DNA from: Bipalium vagum
Lineage: Eukaryota
Length of the DNA stretch: 44,985 nucleotides
NCBI GenBank assembly: GCA_037834085.1
Contig: JBBMKC010218352.1
Span: 1-44,985 of the forward strand
Reading direction: 5' to 3'
Of the stretch, positions 27,401 to 37,229 are shown one piece after another; the first letter of the stretch is position 1; the number at the start of each line of letters is the position of its first letter. The notes beneath the pieces were generated by a model. The model ran no database searches, was not told the origin of the DNA, and worked only from the letters and a program-made list of their open reading frames with translations. Position numbers and translations under genes: made by a program.

Positions 27401-29187
27401 ATAATGGATACTTAAATTAACCTCTTCGATAAGTTTTTTTTCAGTAATTTAATATCCATTAATTCTCTCATTATTAAATTCATTAATTATGAAAAATCAA
27501 TAATTGTTTTAAATTAAAAAAATTCTTATGACACATTCTCATATTTATTTTATTATCACAATGGAAAAGATTTATACTATTTTTGAAAATCTCTGGAAAC
27601 TTTATCTTTTGTTTTTCCGATTAATGTATTGGTTAAAGTTGTCTGGAAAATACGGTTTCTCAGGTGTAATTCTTGTAACATTCCCTCCTGAAAACAAACA
27701 CACTTCTGTTGCAGTCATCTGAGTTTAATGAATGAAAAACAATGAATTTCTCTAGATTTATTTTCAACCAATCAAAATTTTCCAATTGTTACGCCCAGTG
27801 CTGTCTTCGAAAACTTGTAGAAAGTTGCAGACTAGTCTCTACTACAAAACTCAAATATTTTCCTTCTAATAAGTGAATTAAATACCAACGTGAACTTCGA
27901 TTTGATACGACCATTATTACTCTAGAGATCCATCCATTCTCAGTAATCCATCTTTCCTTTTATTGATAAATCTCAACAGCAGTCGTATTGAATAAAAGTC
28001 GTTTTGTAGAATGAGAAGAATTGAATTAATTAACAACGTTATTTGAGTTCTTTAAAATTAAATCTACAGCGATCTTTTCCAACATCTCTTGGCCTGAAAA
28101 TATTTTCAAATTTATTAAATTTTTTTATTAATTTAGCGTATTTTATACTGAAAAATGAAAATTGTAAGAAGAATCAGGAAAATTGATAAAAGACATTTGA
28201 AAAGAAAAATAATCTGATCACACTCGCAGACAATTTTCTCTATCACAAAAATCATGATTTCTGAAATTATCATGGCTCAATTTAAAGGATAAGAGACAAG
28301 AAGTCAATCATTAAAGGATATTGAATATTTTTGTCCCAGAGCGATTGACAGTTAAATAATTAAAAAGAGAATTGTTAATATTTTTACCAATGGGTGGTGT
28401 AAAAAAGACCGGGAATATCACATTAGATTTCGCCAAATGTTAAAGGAAAAATCTTATGTTAATTATTTTCTGTCGACGTAAAAAGTGAAAATATGGTTGA
28501 GCGAACAAATCAATAAAGCAGTAGCATGAAATTTCTTTCTGCGAATTTTATGAATATTTTTTGCATTCATAGGAAAAAATTATTTTAATCTCGAAAAACT
28601 TGGTAAGTATTGATTTAGACTATTGAAATTAATGATAGGGAGGCCTTGTTGATAATTATAAAAATATTATCAAGTTTATTGATCAAGAATTTAAGCTGGA
28701 GTGGGTCTATGGTTTTATATTATTTCTGCATAATAATGGTGCTGATATTTATTAAATTGGAATGGCTTATTATTGTGAGTATTTAAACATATTTTATGAT
28801 TTTTAAAGTTAAAGGGCCTCAATATTTAAAATGATGTTTTAATAAATTGTTATGATAAAGGCGCATTATATTAATTTAATAAATATCGGAAGTTTGTTTA
28901 AGTCATTAATTTTTATGGCAGAATATACCTTAAAAACTATCTCATTTTTTTGAAAACGCAGCTCAAAATTATATTATTTTAATTAATTATTTTTCATTAT
29001 ATTTTTTGATATATTTATGTGTTTGTAAAATATTGATTGCAATGTGAATTAATTTTTATTGTGTTCTCTTTTTGTAATTGAAGTAACAATCGATGGAGTC
29101 AACTGGACCGGTGTTAAATTTTTCCAGCTGAGTCCTTATTGGAGAACACAGATCAAATCGTTCCCAATAGCAACCTTCAACAGTTAA
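1231..29187 (+). CDS. PACS: PACS-family phosphofurin acidic cluster sorting protein (PACS1/PACS2/KrT95D-like), 5'-partial, spliced: join(1231-1296,1360-1557,1615-1746,6486-6926,13778-13879,16365-16471,19163-19356,21468-21704,24528-24702,26179-26480,26564-26677,29084-29187)
   Basis: All introns are GT-AG and phases match at every junction; the exons sum to 2172 nt (723 aa + TAA). Motifs are collinear with human PACS1 as I recall it: QKQIKQKIMGLLKKVK (QPNIKQKFVALLKRFK), SIQSTPRPTLRPFF (SILSTPKPKLKPFF), LGGDSHLSSVLRVFV, LCSIDSKY, FIPFVCEVRLG, LQLEYW, IDGVNWTGVKFFQLSPYWRTQIKSFPIA ([28 protein letters not shown]). Confidence 0.95.
1360..1557 (+). CDS. PACS: PACS exon VLDPRDT...SIQSTPRPTLRPFF...LSA
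   Basis: TTTCAG acceptor, GTATGG donor, conserved acidic and STP-P-L-PFF motifs. Confidence 0.92.
1615..1746 (+). CDS. PACS: PACS exon DAGTKLLKK...TNDGS
   Basis: CTAG acceptor after a 57-nt intron, in frame; weak GTGGGG donor at 1747, where the composition switches to intronic. Confidence 0.75.
2290..3070 (-). mobile_element. Decayed mariner (DD34D) transposase remnant
   Basis: Minus-strand KMLLCV..KGALYYELL and SPDIV*SDYHLFRS motifs; ends approximate. Confidence 0.8.
3348..3419 (-). pseudogene. tRNA-Ala(CGC)-derived element (tRNA pseudogene or SINE-like head), copy 1
   Basis: GGAGATG/TATCTCC acceptor stem, GCTC/GAGC D stem, CCGG-TTTCGAATC-CCGG T arm. The anticodon arm is 1 nt short and lacks U33. 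Confidence 0.75.
3832..4647 (-). mobile_element. Internally deleted mariner with degenerate TIRs and TA flanks
   Basis: TA-TTAGGGTGTC ... GACAGCCTAA-TA; HTH region STRKLSTQLGLSQSTICRHL and RIVTNNEKW (RIVTGDEKW). Confidence 0.85.
6486..6926 (+). CDS. PACS: PACS exon, Ser/Thr-rich low-complexity middle region (147 codons)
   Basis: TTTCCAG acceptor, GTAAGA donor, phase 0-0, long open frame with raised GC. Confidence 0.85.
11321..11876. mobile_element. Non-autonomous TIR element (MITE), Mutator/Foldback-like
   Basis: GGACAATGTTT...AAACATTGTCC termini with extended imperfect symmetry and repeated subterminal TGTGTA-n5-TGACCT units. Confidence 0.7.
12226..12763 (-). mobile_element. Deleted DD37D/DD41D-type (maT/rosa-like) Tc1/mariner element
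   Basis: TIRs CAAAGCATCCCAAAAGTAATCGA / TCGTTTACTTTTGGAACACCCCTG; WIGSYGP and GVLKKAVYANKPRTIDQLK...GGHLENL C-terminus. Confidence 0.85.
13315..13464. other. Assembly gap (N run)
   Basis: Run of n characters. Confidence 1.
13778..13879 (+). CDS. PACS: PACS exon PRTELVEQVNEF...SDFGGK (start of C-terminal domain)
   Basis: TTCAG / GTAAGC; aligns with PRKVVYDQLNQIL...TDWQGQ. Confidence 0.9.
16110..16293. other. Assembly gap (N run)
   Basis: Run of n characters. Confidence 1.
16365..16471 (+). CDS. PACS: PACS exon QVTDLFTK...IVNRIRK
   Basis: TTCAG / GTAAAT, phase 0-2; aligns with YVAELL...LLTRIQR. Confidence 0.88.
17325..17692. mobile_element. Composite Tc1/mariner fragments (mariner-like TIR on the left; DD37D/DD41D-type 3' end on the right)
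   Basis: TATTAGGTATGTGAATTAATTCGGTCC at left; CISVNGSHFEQLL* followed by TGGGACACCCTG-TA at right. Confidence 0.6.
19163..19356 (+). CDS. PACS: PACS exon PDVIKICLLGGDSHLSSVLRVFV...FFLIPITG...SQ
   Basis: CATAG / GTTAGT, phase 2-1, conserved motif. Confidence 0.92.
20140..20447 (+). mobile_element. mariner 3' fragment
   Basis: EILPHTDYSPHLSPTDYYLFKH...LGINTLVTHLQKCV, followed by TIR-like CATGATTTCTTTACAACCTA. Confidence 0.85.
20500..21040 (-). mobile_element. Decayed mariner remnant
   Basis: ELLFHPSQNPDFASTDYHLFQAMQ (HPPYSPDLAPSDYHLF). Confidence 0.8.
21468..21704 (+). CDS. PACS: PACS exon ...MARRLCSIDSKY...QCPIGDCLVAC...
   Basis: TAAAG / GTAATT, phase 1-1; aligns with VAKYLGSVDSKY...QLPVAEAMLTC. 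Confidence 0.9.
22391..22719. mobile_element. mariner-derived MITE, 329 bp
   Basis: 31-bp TIRs TTAGGTACCRGAATACTTAATKTCGTTTTTT (2 mismatches), TA on both sides. Confidence 0.92.
24528..24702 (+). CDS. PACS: PACS exon ...ESFIPFVCEVRLG...SSSPPRSP...
   Basis: TTCAG / GTGGGC, phase 1-2; aligns with QKFIPFIGVVKVG. Confidence 0.9.
26179..26480 (+). CDS. PACS: PACS exon ...LELQLEYW...KVSLKSAFRQILVS...SREKKQK
   Basis: CTAACAG / GTAAAC, phase 2-1; aligns with LQVDYW...KNTLKSVFRSVQVS...TKEKNKK. Confidence 0.92.
26564..26677 (+). CDS. PACS: PACS exon MRIAKKTK...EDVNRILCTSKSQNSAIR
   Basis: TAAG / GTTGGT, phase 1-1; aligns with EGISRLICSAKQQQTMLR. Confidence 0.9.
27600..28110 (-). mobile_element. Possible decayed Ty3/gypsy integrase fragment
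   Basis: LEKIAVDL ... ERWITENG ... NNGR resemble integrase core motifs; heavily degraded. Confidence 0.3.
29084..29187 (+). CDS. PACS: PACS terminal coding exon VTIDGVNWTGVKFFQLSPYWRTQIKSFPIATFNS*
   Basis: GAAG acceptor, hallmark PACS C-terminus, TAA at 29185-29187. Confidence 0.95.
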
Positions 29188-31802
29188 TTCTGGAAACAAT
29201 TTCCAAAAAAATCGAAGTCGATGACAACGGAAAGTGTTTATTGATATTTTTGACAATATTGACAGTAATCAATCAGTATTAATTTCGATGTAAAAATATT
29301 TGATGCATGGGGCTGATTTAATGATTTTTTTTGTGTTTTTTTTTCGTCATTGTGTTTATAGAGTCGTGTTTTTTGACACACCGACACACACAGACATACT
29401 TCTCCGATAATACTGGTTTATCTTTGTTGGCGCCTCATTTGTTGTGCAATAATTTTGAAGAAAAAAACCAACATTTCAAGCTTGTCTTGTGTTCTGTCTT
29501 TGATCGATTTGACATGTGCAATTTTGAACCATCCACAAGTGGTCGTTGCGATTGGCAGATCTTTACGTTTTGAAATATTTAAAATAATCAATATAATTTA
29601 AAATTATATTATTATAATTACAAATTATTTTTATTAATATTATTAATGTTTTTTATAATAATAATAACTATTATATAAAATTATAATTATTTTGATTATT
29701 ATTACTATCATTATTATGATTGTAATTATTATTACTATTTTATTAACTTATCGTGCTATGAACAGTGATATTATTTTAATATTTCAAAAAATTGATGGTA
29801 GAAAGATAATAATAATTGATATTATTTTATTATTTTATCATTTTGAGCAAGATAAACATGTGCTAAATATAAATTTCTTTTATCTATTCATATTTTTCAA
29901 ATTATTTTGATTTAATTTTTATAAAATTAGTTTTTTATTTTATGAAATTTTAATTAGTTCTGTGTGAAATATTTAAAAATATTATTATTTTATTAAATTA
30001 ACTAAATTCATTATTGTAATAAAATTTTTTTCATTTTATTATTATTATTATTATTATTGATTTTTATGTATTAATTAATAATAATAGTTTTTATTATTAT
30101 CATAATTTTATTATAATAATTTTTTATTATGATTATTGGAGATATTAATTAATAATATTTATTTATGTATAAATATAATATCCAATTGTCTCGTTTGTTT
30201 TTTAAACTCTTTGGCATATTTCAGTTTAACTTTGTTTTTTCAATATTTTTAATTTTCTTTTTGTTGAAGAGTTGTCACGATTTTCATATACATTTTGCAT
30301 TTTATCTCATGCAAAATAAATAAATAATGATTGATATATCTCATCTATAAAACGTTTTTGTAATACGATAAAAATTGCACCTCGTCGGATAATTTATTTG
30401 TTTTCTTCAATTGATTTTTATGGAAATATATAAATATAAGTTAAAATATTCATCCGTGGACATTTTTTCATAAATATCGTAAAATCGTGATTGAAGTTTC
30501 GTTTTTTATGTATAGAGACGTATTGAATTAAAGTAGTGCTTGGTTTTTAATTATTGATTCGTTTTTGATTTTTTTCCAATGCTTATGTTTTTGTTTAAAA
30601 AATGTGGAAGAGATAATAATAAAATAAAAAATCCACTTTATTATCAAAATAATGAGGATTGAATATTAAAAAATCAAATGATGTGAAAAATAATCCATAG
30701 AAAACAATGCCGGCCGAGATTTTCACTTGTTTTATTCACTAAAACATTCTTTGAATGACAGAATGTTCGATTCAAATGAAGGTATTTATACTTGATATGG
30801 CAAATAAATGTTCTAAACTGATAAAATTTTAAGTATCAGCTGTTTTCGATATATTGCAAATTGAAATTTCTGTTATTAATAATAAAATTTCCCATGGATT
30901 TTAATAAGAAACACTGGCTTAACTTTGCGAAACACTTAATTGAATTTCATAATTAGGTAAGTGAAAAAAAATTTAAATATTTACCTGACTTTAATTTTAT
31001 AATTGGTTGAATTTATCAATCCAAGTTTTTTTTGCTTCAATTTGAAATGGTTTTATGGATCTTCTTCTTGATCCACTCTTTAATTTCTGCTTAAATCTTC
31101 TTTGAGTTTCATAAACTTTGATTATTGAACATGTAGTGTATTTTACACCAAGCATTGAAAACTTTTATTAACGTAAGTTTTACCATTAACGTAAGACTAC
31201 CATTATATTTCGGATATTATCAGATACTGTCATAGTAGAGGTTTGATTTAGGAAATTAAATACTTAAATTAAACAAAATATAATTCGTTAATTTACACTG
31301 AAATAAAAATAAAGAAATTAAATTACACAGTTATAAGACATGACAAAAAACGAAATTGATTTTTATAATTACAAAATCAAGTGGCAAATTGGTGAAATGA
31401 AATGCCAAACCATGCATTGAAACAGACAAATTGTAAAAAAGCAGGACTGGAAGTAGGATAAAAATAATGTAAGGCATAATAATAGGTATAGTTAGCAATA
31501 TTAACGATAAAGAAAATGAATATTTTGAAATATAAACTAAAATCTAACTCAAAAAGATTTAAACGCTAGTACAATTTCAACTTATAAAAACTAAAAATTG
31601 TTCATTGCGACTTATATTTTAATTAAAAAGTGAATAATGTTTGTTTAAAGTTAAATTTAATTTTCATTTTAAAAGTTTCAACCAGCTATTTCGGTTGAAC
31701 TGCAAACAAAAGAATGTTACTAATTTAACTCTTAGCCTCAAAGTTAACACTGCATCTGTTGAGAAACTTAACAAACGTTAACAATGAAATCTTAAGTAAA
31801 TA

Positions 31803-32777
31803 TTGGGTTGGCAATTAAGTCCGTTCGGTTTTATAAATGAAATGATATAATTGCTTATTGTCGAAAAAATTTATTAATTTGAAGCAAAATTTTAAATCAT
31901 AAGATATATTAATCAATTATTGTTTAAATAATATCATTATTTAATCAACAATTCAAACTCTAATATGGAAGATAAAATGGTGATTTTTAGATAATTTTTT
32001 TATATTATTTTAAAAAAGGCAAAACAGTTGCAGATGCTCATAAAGAAATTGCCGTTTATACGGGGATGATGCCTTAACAGAAATAGTTTGCGAAATTCCG
32101 TTCTGGAAATTTTAGCATAGACAATAAGTACACTCCGGTCGCAACTTGGTTACTGGTGATGAAAAATGGATTTCTTACGACAATGTAGTGCGTAAGAGAT
32201 CATGGGGACACAGTTCTAAGCCACAAAAAACCACATCAAAAGAAGAATTACATCCGAAAAAGATAATGATCTCAGTTTTGTGGGATTATAAAGGAGCGGT
32301 TACCATCTGGCACTACGGTTGATTCAGATTTTTACTGGTCTCAATTAGCTAAATTGCGCAAAGAAATTTCCGAAAAGCGTCCAGGGTTTTAAAATCGCAA
32401 GGTCGTTGTCTTCCGACACGAAAATGCCAGGCCTCGTACCTCAATAATCACTCAGAAAGAATGAACCTTGGGTGGGATGTTTTGCCATATTCCCTGGACT
32501 ATTATTCTTTCAGACTACCACTTATTTTGGTCGTTGCAGAATTCCTTAAAAGGGAAAACTTTCATCAATGAGGAGTCAACCAAAAGGTATCTTGATTGGT
32601 TTTTTGAAAATAAACCTCAGAAACTCTACAAAAGGGTAATAATGAAATTGGTAGAAAGATGTTGGGAGGTTTTTTATAAAGATGGACTACGCATCATTGA
32701 TTGAGATTTTTTTTATCAATAAACTTTTTCTGTTTTTCTATCTTCTAAAAACAGAACGGACATAATTGCGAACCCAA
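31803..32777 (+). mobile_element. mariner (DD34D) element, internally deleted, both TIRs present
   Basis: TA-TTGGGTTGGCAATTAAGTCCGTTCGGTTTT ... AAAACAGAACGGACATAATTGCGAACCCAA-TA; LVTGDEKWISYDN, LHPKKIMISV, HENARP, SDYHLFWSLQN. Confidence 0.95.
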
Positions 32778-33112
32778 TAAGTAGCAGTTGAAAGAAGAAC
32801 TAAAAACTACTATTGTAATGATACTGATATATTTTTCCAAAATATGTATGAATTCTGTAACAAATCAGTATATAAATATAAAAAAATATACAAATTGGAA
32901 GGTTTCACCCTTCAAAAAAATTTTCAACACTGATTTTAAGCCAACCATTTAAAATTTTTATATACCAAAATAAGGTGAGAGAATATGGAACTAAGTTTTC
33001 ACAAATAATCATTAAAGAAAAATTAGTGTACATAAAAATTTAAAATTTTCGAAGTTATTCCAAATACACAAATTGTACATAAATGTCATTTAAAGTAAAG
33101 ACAATATATCAA

Positions 33113-33179
33113 TCATTTATTTAAACTGATTAAATCGTGCTTCAATCGAAGTCTGTATATGTGTTTGAGGAGCTTAATT
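33113..33179 (-). CDS. ave: ave exon 4 (IKLLKHIYRLRLKHDLISLNK*)
   Basis: CTACAG acceptor after a 42-nt intron, in phase, SAM helix 5, TGA. Confidence 0.88.
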
Positions 33180-36100
33180 CTGTAGACAATGACATGAAGA
33201 AAAGTAGTTAAATATCACTACCTGTCAGCTTTGATAGACACTCCCATTTCCATCAAGTGTTCTTCGGTTATTAGTGTAAGACATCGGCCTGAAAATTAAA
33301 ATAAAATTATTATGTTTTCCTTCAAGATTTGCTCATAATTTTTGTCATAGAGATCACTGGTTTCTCAATACGGCATCTTATTATAATCATAATACAGCTT
33401 TAGGGATAGATATATTAAAAGCTATTCATAAATATAAGTTTTGTTTACATATTACACAAGGATTCGTCATAAAACCAAAAAGAATTAGCTGATGAATTGG
33501 TAATCAATGGTATATTTAAAAATCAAAGAATCATATCTAAAACTCTGAAAGATGTGGAATATATACAAAAAAGATTAATCAAAATTCGAGAGGAAAGAGC
33601 ATAGATGCTGACCGAAATTATGAAAGAGAAATACAAACATCGATGATAAGAATCACTTATTTTTAGATGAAACGGAAGTGAATTTACATCATACTAGAAA
33701 TATTCTCCCAAGAATTCTAAGGCATATAAAATGGTAAAAGCCAACAAGAACACAAACGTAAGTTGTTTAGTGGCTACTAATAAAACAGGAATAGCATGGT
33801 TCGAATTAAAAGATGGAACATTTAATGGTGATAGCTTTATGGAATTTATACAAATTATTTTATTTATTTATTAAATTTATACAAAACAAACTGGTTGATC
33901 ATTTCAAATCTAACCACCAATGTGTGTTAGTTATGCATAATTGTAGGTTCAATCACTGAAAGGGTGTTATAAATTTATTAAATGAAAAGTTAATCGTTTT
34001 CTTCCGCCTTATTCACCGCACTAAATCCTCTACAGAACTACTCTTGTTTTTAAAAATCAAAGTTCGCTTAACCTGTCAAAAGGCCAACAGTAATGAGTTA
34101 AGAAAATGAATAAATAATATATTAATAAATGAAGATGCTGATTTTAGTGGTTGGCACAGGAATATGAGATAACATATGATATGGCTTTATCAAGACAAGA
34201 AATTATTTAAAACTCTCTGTTTTATATATTTGTCTTAATTATTCAGTTTTTAATAATAAAAACAATGTAATAGTAAAGATTAAATAGTCGTACCATTATT
34301 AAGACGTTGATTCTGATTTCATGTGTGAGCAACATTTTGCATAACAATCAAGTGATGTCCATTACCTACCAAAATTTTGATAAGCAACGCTTTTTTTAAA
34401 AATATTTTGAATGATAACTGTGAGATATATTGAAAATTAGTTGGGGGATGTAGCTCAGCGGTCAGAGCAGTGTATGCGTATGTGAAGGTCCCGAGTTCGA
34501 ATCCCGGTATAATACCCGGTAGTATACCATTAATTTTCACTAACAATAACAAATATAATATTTTAATTTTATTAAATACAGTTCCCGTCAAAAGTCTGAG
34601 CTCACCTTCAAAAATTGAATTGATTTCATTATTTATCCATTGACATGACATCAATTTAGATATAGGTGTTTATATAACTGTGACCTATATCAATATATAT
34701 TTTTTTCGTTAATATTGCAAATTATCAATATTATTCTTGTCAAATAAATACTTTTGTTTAAATAATGGCTGAATTATATGCTGAAAAAAGGATTCAAATT
34801 TTGATTTTGCACGACGAAGGTTATTCACAGAGACAAATTGTGACGAATGAATGTGACACGGGAAGCGGTTTAACGTTTAATTCAACGATATGAGTTGGAT
34901 AAATAATTCAAGTCCAAGCAACGACGAGAAAGGCCAAAAGTAACAACAGTTCAAACTGATAGATTGATTCATCGGTTGTCCTGTACTCGACCTTTTGCAC
35001 CAACAAATGAAATTAGATCACAACTCCCTCCAGATGCACCAGTAAGCATGAGTACCATTTCTCGACGGCTTAGACACGATTTCTAGTTGCACTCCAGAAA
35101 GTTACCTGCAATAAAGACGAGATTTTCTTTAAAGAATGTTAAAGACCGTCTTCTCTTTTGTAACAAATATAAGAATTGGAAGCCCACAGATTGGTACAGG
35201 GTTATTTTTTCAGACGAATGTAAGATCCAGCAATTCTCTCCCAATGTTATACGCGTCTGGAGACCTGACGGCACAAGGTTTGATCCAAAATTTACTGTCA
35301 AGAATTTAAAACATTCTCCTTCCGTTATGGTCTGGTCATCAATATCATATGATGGTGTGAGTAATTTTTTTTGTTCCTTCTGGTACAACTATTAGATCTA
35401 CAGAGTACACCGACATATTAAACTAACACTTGCTAATTGAAACTGATAAAATCTTTCAGCATGATGAAGCTACTTGTAATACAGCCAAGGCCGTAACAGA
35501 ATTTATCTCTCTTAACAATATAGAGGTACTTTTTCCATAGCCTAGAAATTCCCCCGATTTCTCACCAGTTGAAAAATGCTGGTTCGAATTGAAGAAAAAA
35601 TCTCAAATCCAAATCTAACATCAATTAATGACCTAAAATGAAAATTAATAAAGTGTGAAGAAATGATATCTCGCCTGACTGTTGCAAACATTTAATTGAG
35701 TCAATGCTTAATCGTATTGCGGCAGTCATTAAAGCTAAAGAGCAGATCACAAAATATTAAATTTTTTTATAATGTTCATTCATGATAAATGTTGTGATAA
35801 TAATATTTACATTTATATACTTATATTTAAATATTTACATAATAATATATACCTTTTTTTTAACTAATACGTCTTTTCAAATGTACAATAGGAATTTACA
35901 TTTTTTTGAAGGTGGGCTTAGACTTTTGACGGGGACTGGAATATTTCAATTTTAAATATAAAGATAATAATATGAAAGATTATAAAGTTCTTTTCATTCG
36001 GAAATTCAATATCCATGTTATATTTATTTTAATATTCACCAAGAAAATATCGATTGAACTTTGTCATACTTTTAATATACCATTTCCGCTTGTCTTCTTC

Positions 36101-36988
36101 AGTTTCTTGATATTGAAGATGACAATTAAATTAAAATTAATCTTAAAACTGGTTAGACATGGGTTATCTGTAGAAATTCTCTTTAATTGGGCCTTAATAC
36201 AAAAAATAGGTCTGAGTTTTCTAATCATTCAAAGATCCAAATAAAATAACTAAAGTTCTAACCCAATTCTTCTTATTTTTAGAGTGTAGAATTTAGATTA
36301 ATGTCAAATTTCCCCCATCTTTATGTAACCTCGTTAAGATCTCTCAAAACTATAACTGTAGAAAACCTATGGTGAAATATTGAAATAAGATATCAAAACG
36401 ATTATCTGAAGATAATCGTTTAAACTGCAAGACTTGTTATCTTAACTTCATAGAAAATCAGTAAGGTTCAAACTAATATGTTCAAAAATATAACATTTTA
36501 TTCATTTAACAAAAATATTCGCAATTTTAAGAATCTAATTTGAATTTTTACTGAAAAATTTCTAGAGAAATATTATTTTATAGTGAAATATTCTATTTAA
36601 AAGATCAAAAGTTCTAATATAAATTGACAAAAAACAATTTTAATAAAATTATTGAATGACGGATAAATTATCAATTTAACAAAAAATTATGATAAAATAG
36701 GGTAGACATCTGAAAAAAAAAATATTAAAAAGATCCTGTAAAATAAAAAATTTCTAGAAAATAAAATGCTCGTGTACTTTAATTACCTGTTATACAATGA
36801 CTTTCGAAATTTTTAGAGTACTTTTGACCTTCTGGCTCAGCGTGGCGTACAAGCCACTTACAAACTTCTGTGACATTCCAAAAAATAACAGGTTTTGTTT
36901 TTCGAACATTTTGCTTAATAAATCTTAAAATCAATTAAATATAGATAAAATTCATACTAACGCTTTCTTTAATTTGTTTGGAATCCAT
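33113..36988 (-). CDS. ave: Aveugle/SAMD10/SAMD12-family single SAM-domain protein, 95 aa, complement(join(33113-33179,33222-33288,36787-36913,36962-36988))
   Basis: Spliced product: MDSKQIKESQNVRKTKPVIFWNVTEVCKWLVRHAEPEGQKYSKNFESHCITGRCLTLITEEHLMEMGVSIKADRIKLLKHIYRLRLKHDLISLNK*. GT-AG introns of 48, 3498 and 42 nt with matching phases. Matches the family pattern KPVxxW..DVCKWLxxH...F..HxITGRxLxxxT...LxxMG...R......LxLK. Confidence 0.9.
33222..33288 (-). CDS. ave: ave exon 3 (RCLTLITEEHLMEMGVSIKAD)
   Basis: TTTTCAG acceptor, GTAGTG donor, SAM core motif. Confidence 0.9.
33440..34210 (+). mobile_element. IS630-like (DDE_3) Tc1-superfamily transposase pseudogene inside ave intron 2
   Basis: LFLDETEVN, NVSCLVA, GTFNGDSFMEFI, VLVMHNCRFNH, FLPPYSP-LNP; frameshifted. 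Confidence 0.85.
34444..34514 (+). pseudogene. tRNA-Ala-derived element, copy 2
   Basis: GGGGATGTAGCTCAGCGGTCAGAGC...GGTCCCGAGTTCGAATCCCGG with A and B boxes. The 3' acceptor strand is disrupted by a CCCGGTA duplication, and the flanks are shared with copy 1. Confidence 0.75.
34579..35938 (+). mobile_element. Full-length but inactivated Tc1-family element (1360 bp) inside ave intron 2
   Basis: About 35-bp TIRs CAGTYCCCGTCAAAAGTCTRAGCYCACCTTCAAAAA; WYRVIFSDECK, KHSPSVMVWSSI, FQHDEATCNT, PRNSPDFSPVEKCW, ITKY*. Confidence 0.95.
36787..36913 (-). CDS. ave: ave exon 2 (QNVRKTKPVIFWNVTEVCKWLVRH...HCIT)
   Basis: TAAG acceptor, GTAATT donor, SAM-domain N-terminal half. Confidence 0.9.
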
Positions 36989-37229
36989 AAAATGAAAGTA
37001 TTTAAACAATTCCATTTATCATAAAAGTTTTAGATATATAGGGTTTTTAATTGAAATATATAAATTTCTATTTAATTAGTATAAACTTCCAAATCAAATA
37101 TATAATGTTATACTTAATTCATGTAAACTTAATTCAAATAAATTTAAAAATAAAGTTTTAAATATTTCTATTTATATCAGAAATGTGTTTTACTTTAGAT
37201 TTTAATTTTATATCTATACATGATTTGTC

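Noticed and set aside
30951-30962. TAG|GTAAGT recursive-like site
   Set aside because: It lies beyond the PACS stop codon, has no pyrimidine tract, and no host intron was identified.
31670-31766. Alternative last exon for ave (FSTDAVLTLRLRV...)
   Set aside because: The exon at 33113-33179 fits phase, spacing and family pattern better.
34319-34654. 111-aa minus-strand ORF
   Set aside because: It runs across the tRNA-like repeat and the Tc1 TIR, so it is a chance frame.
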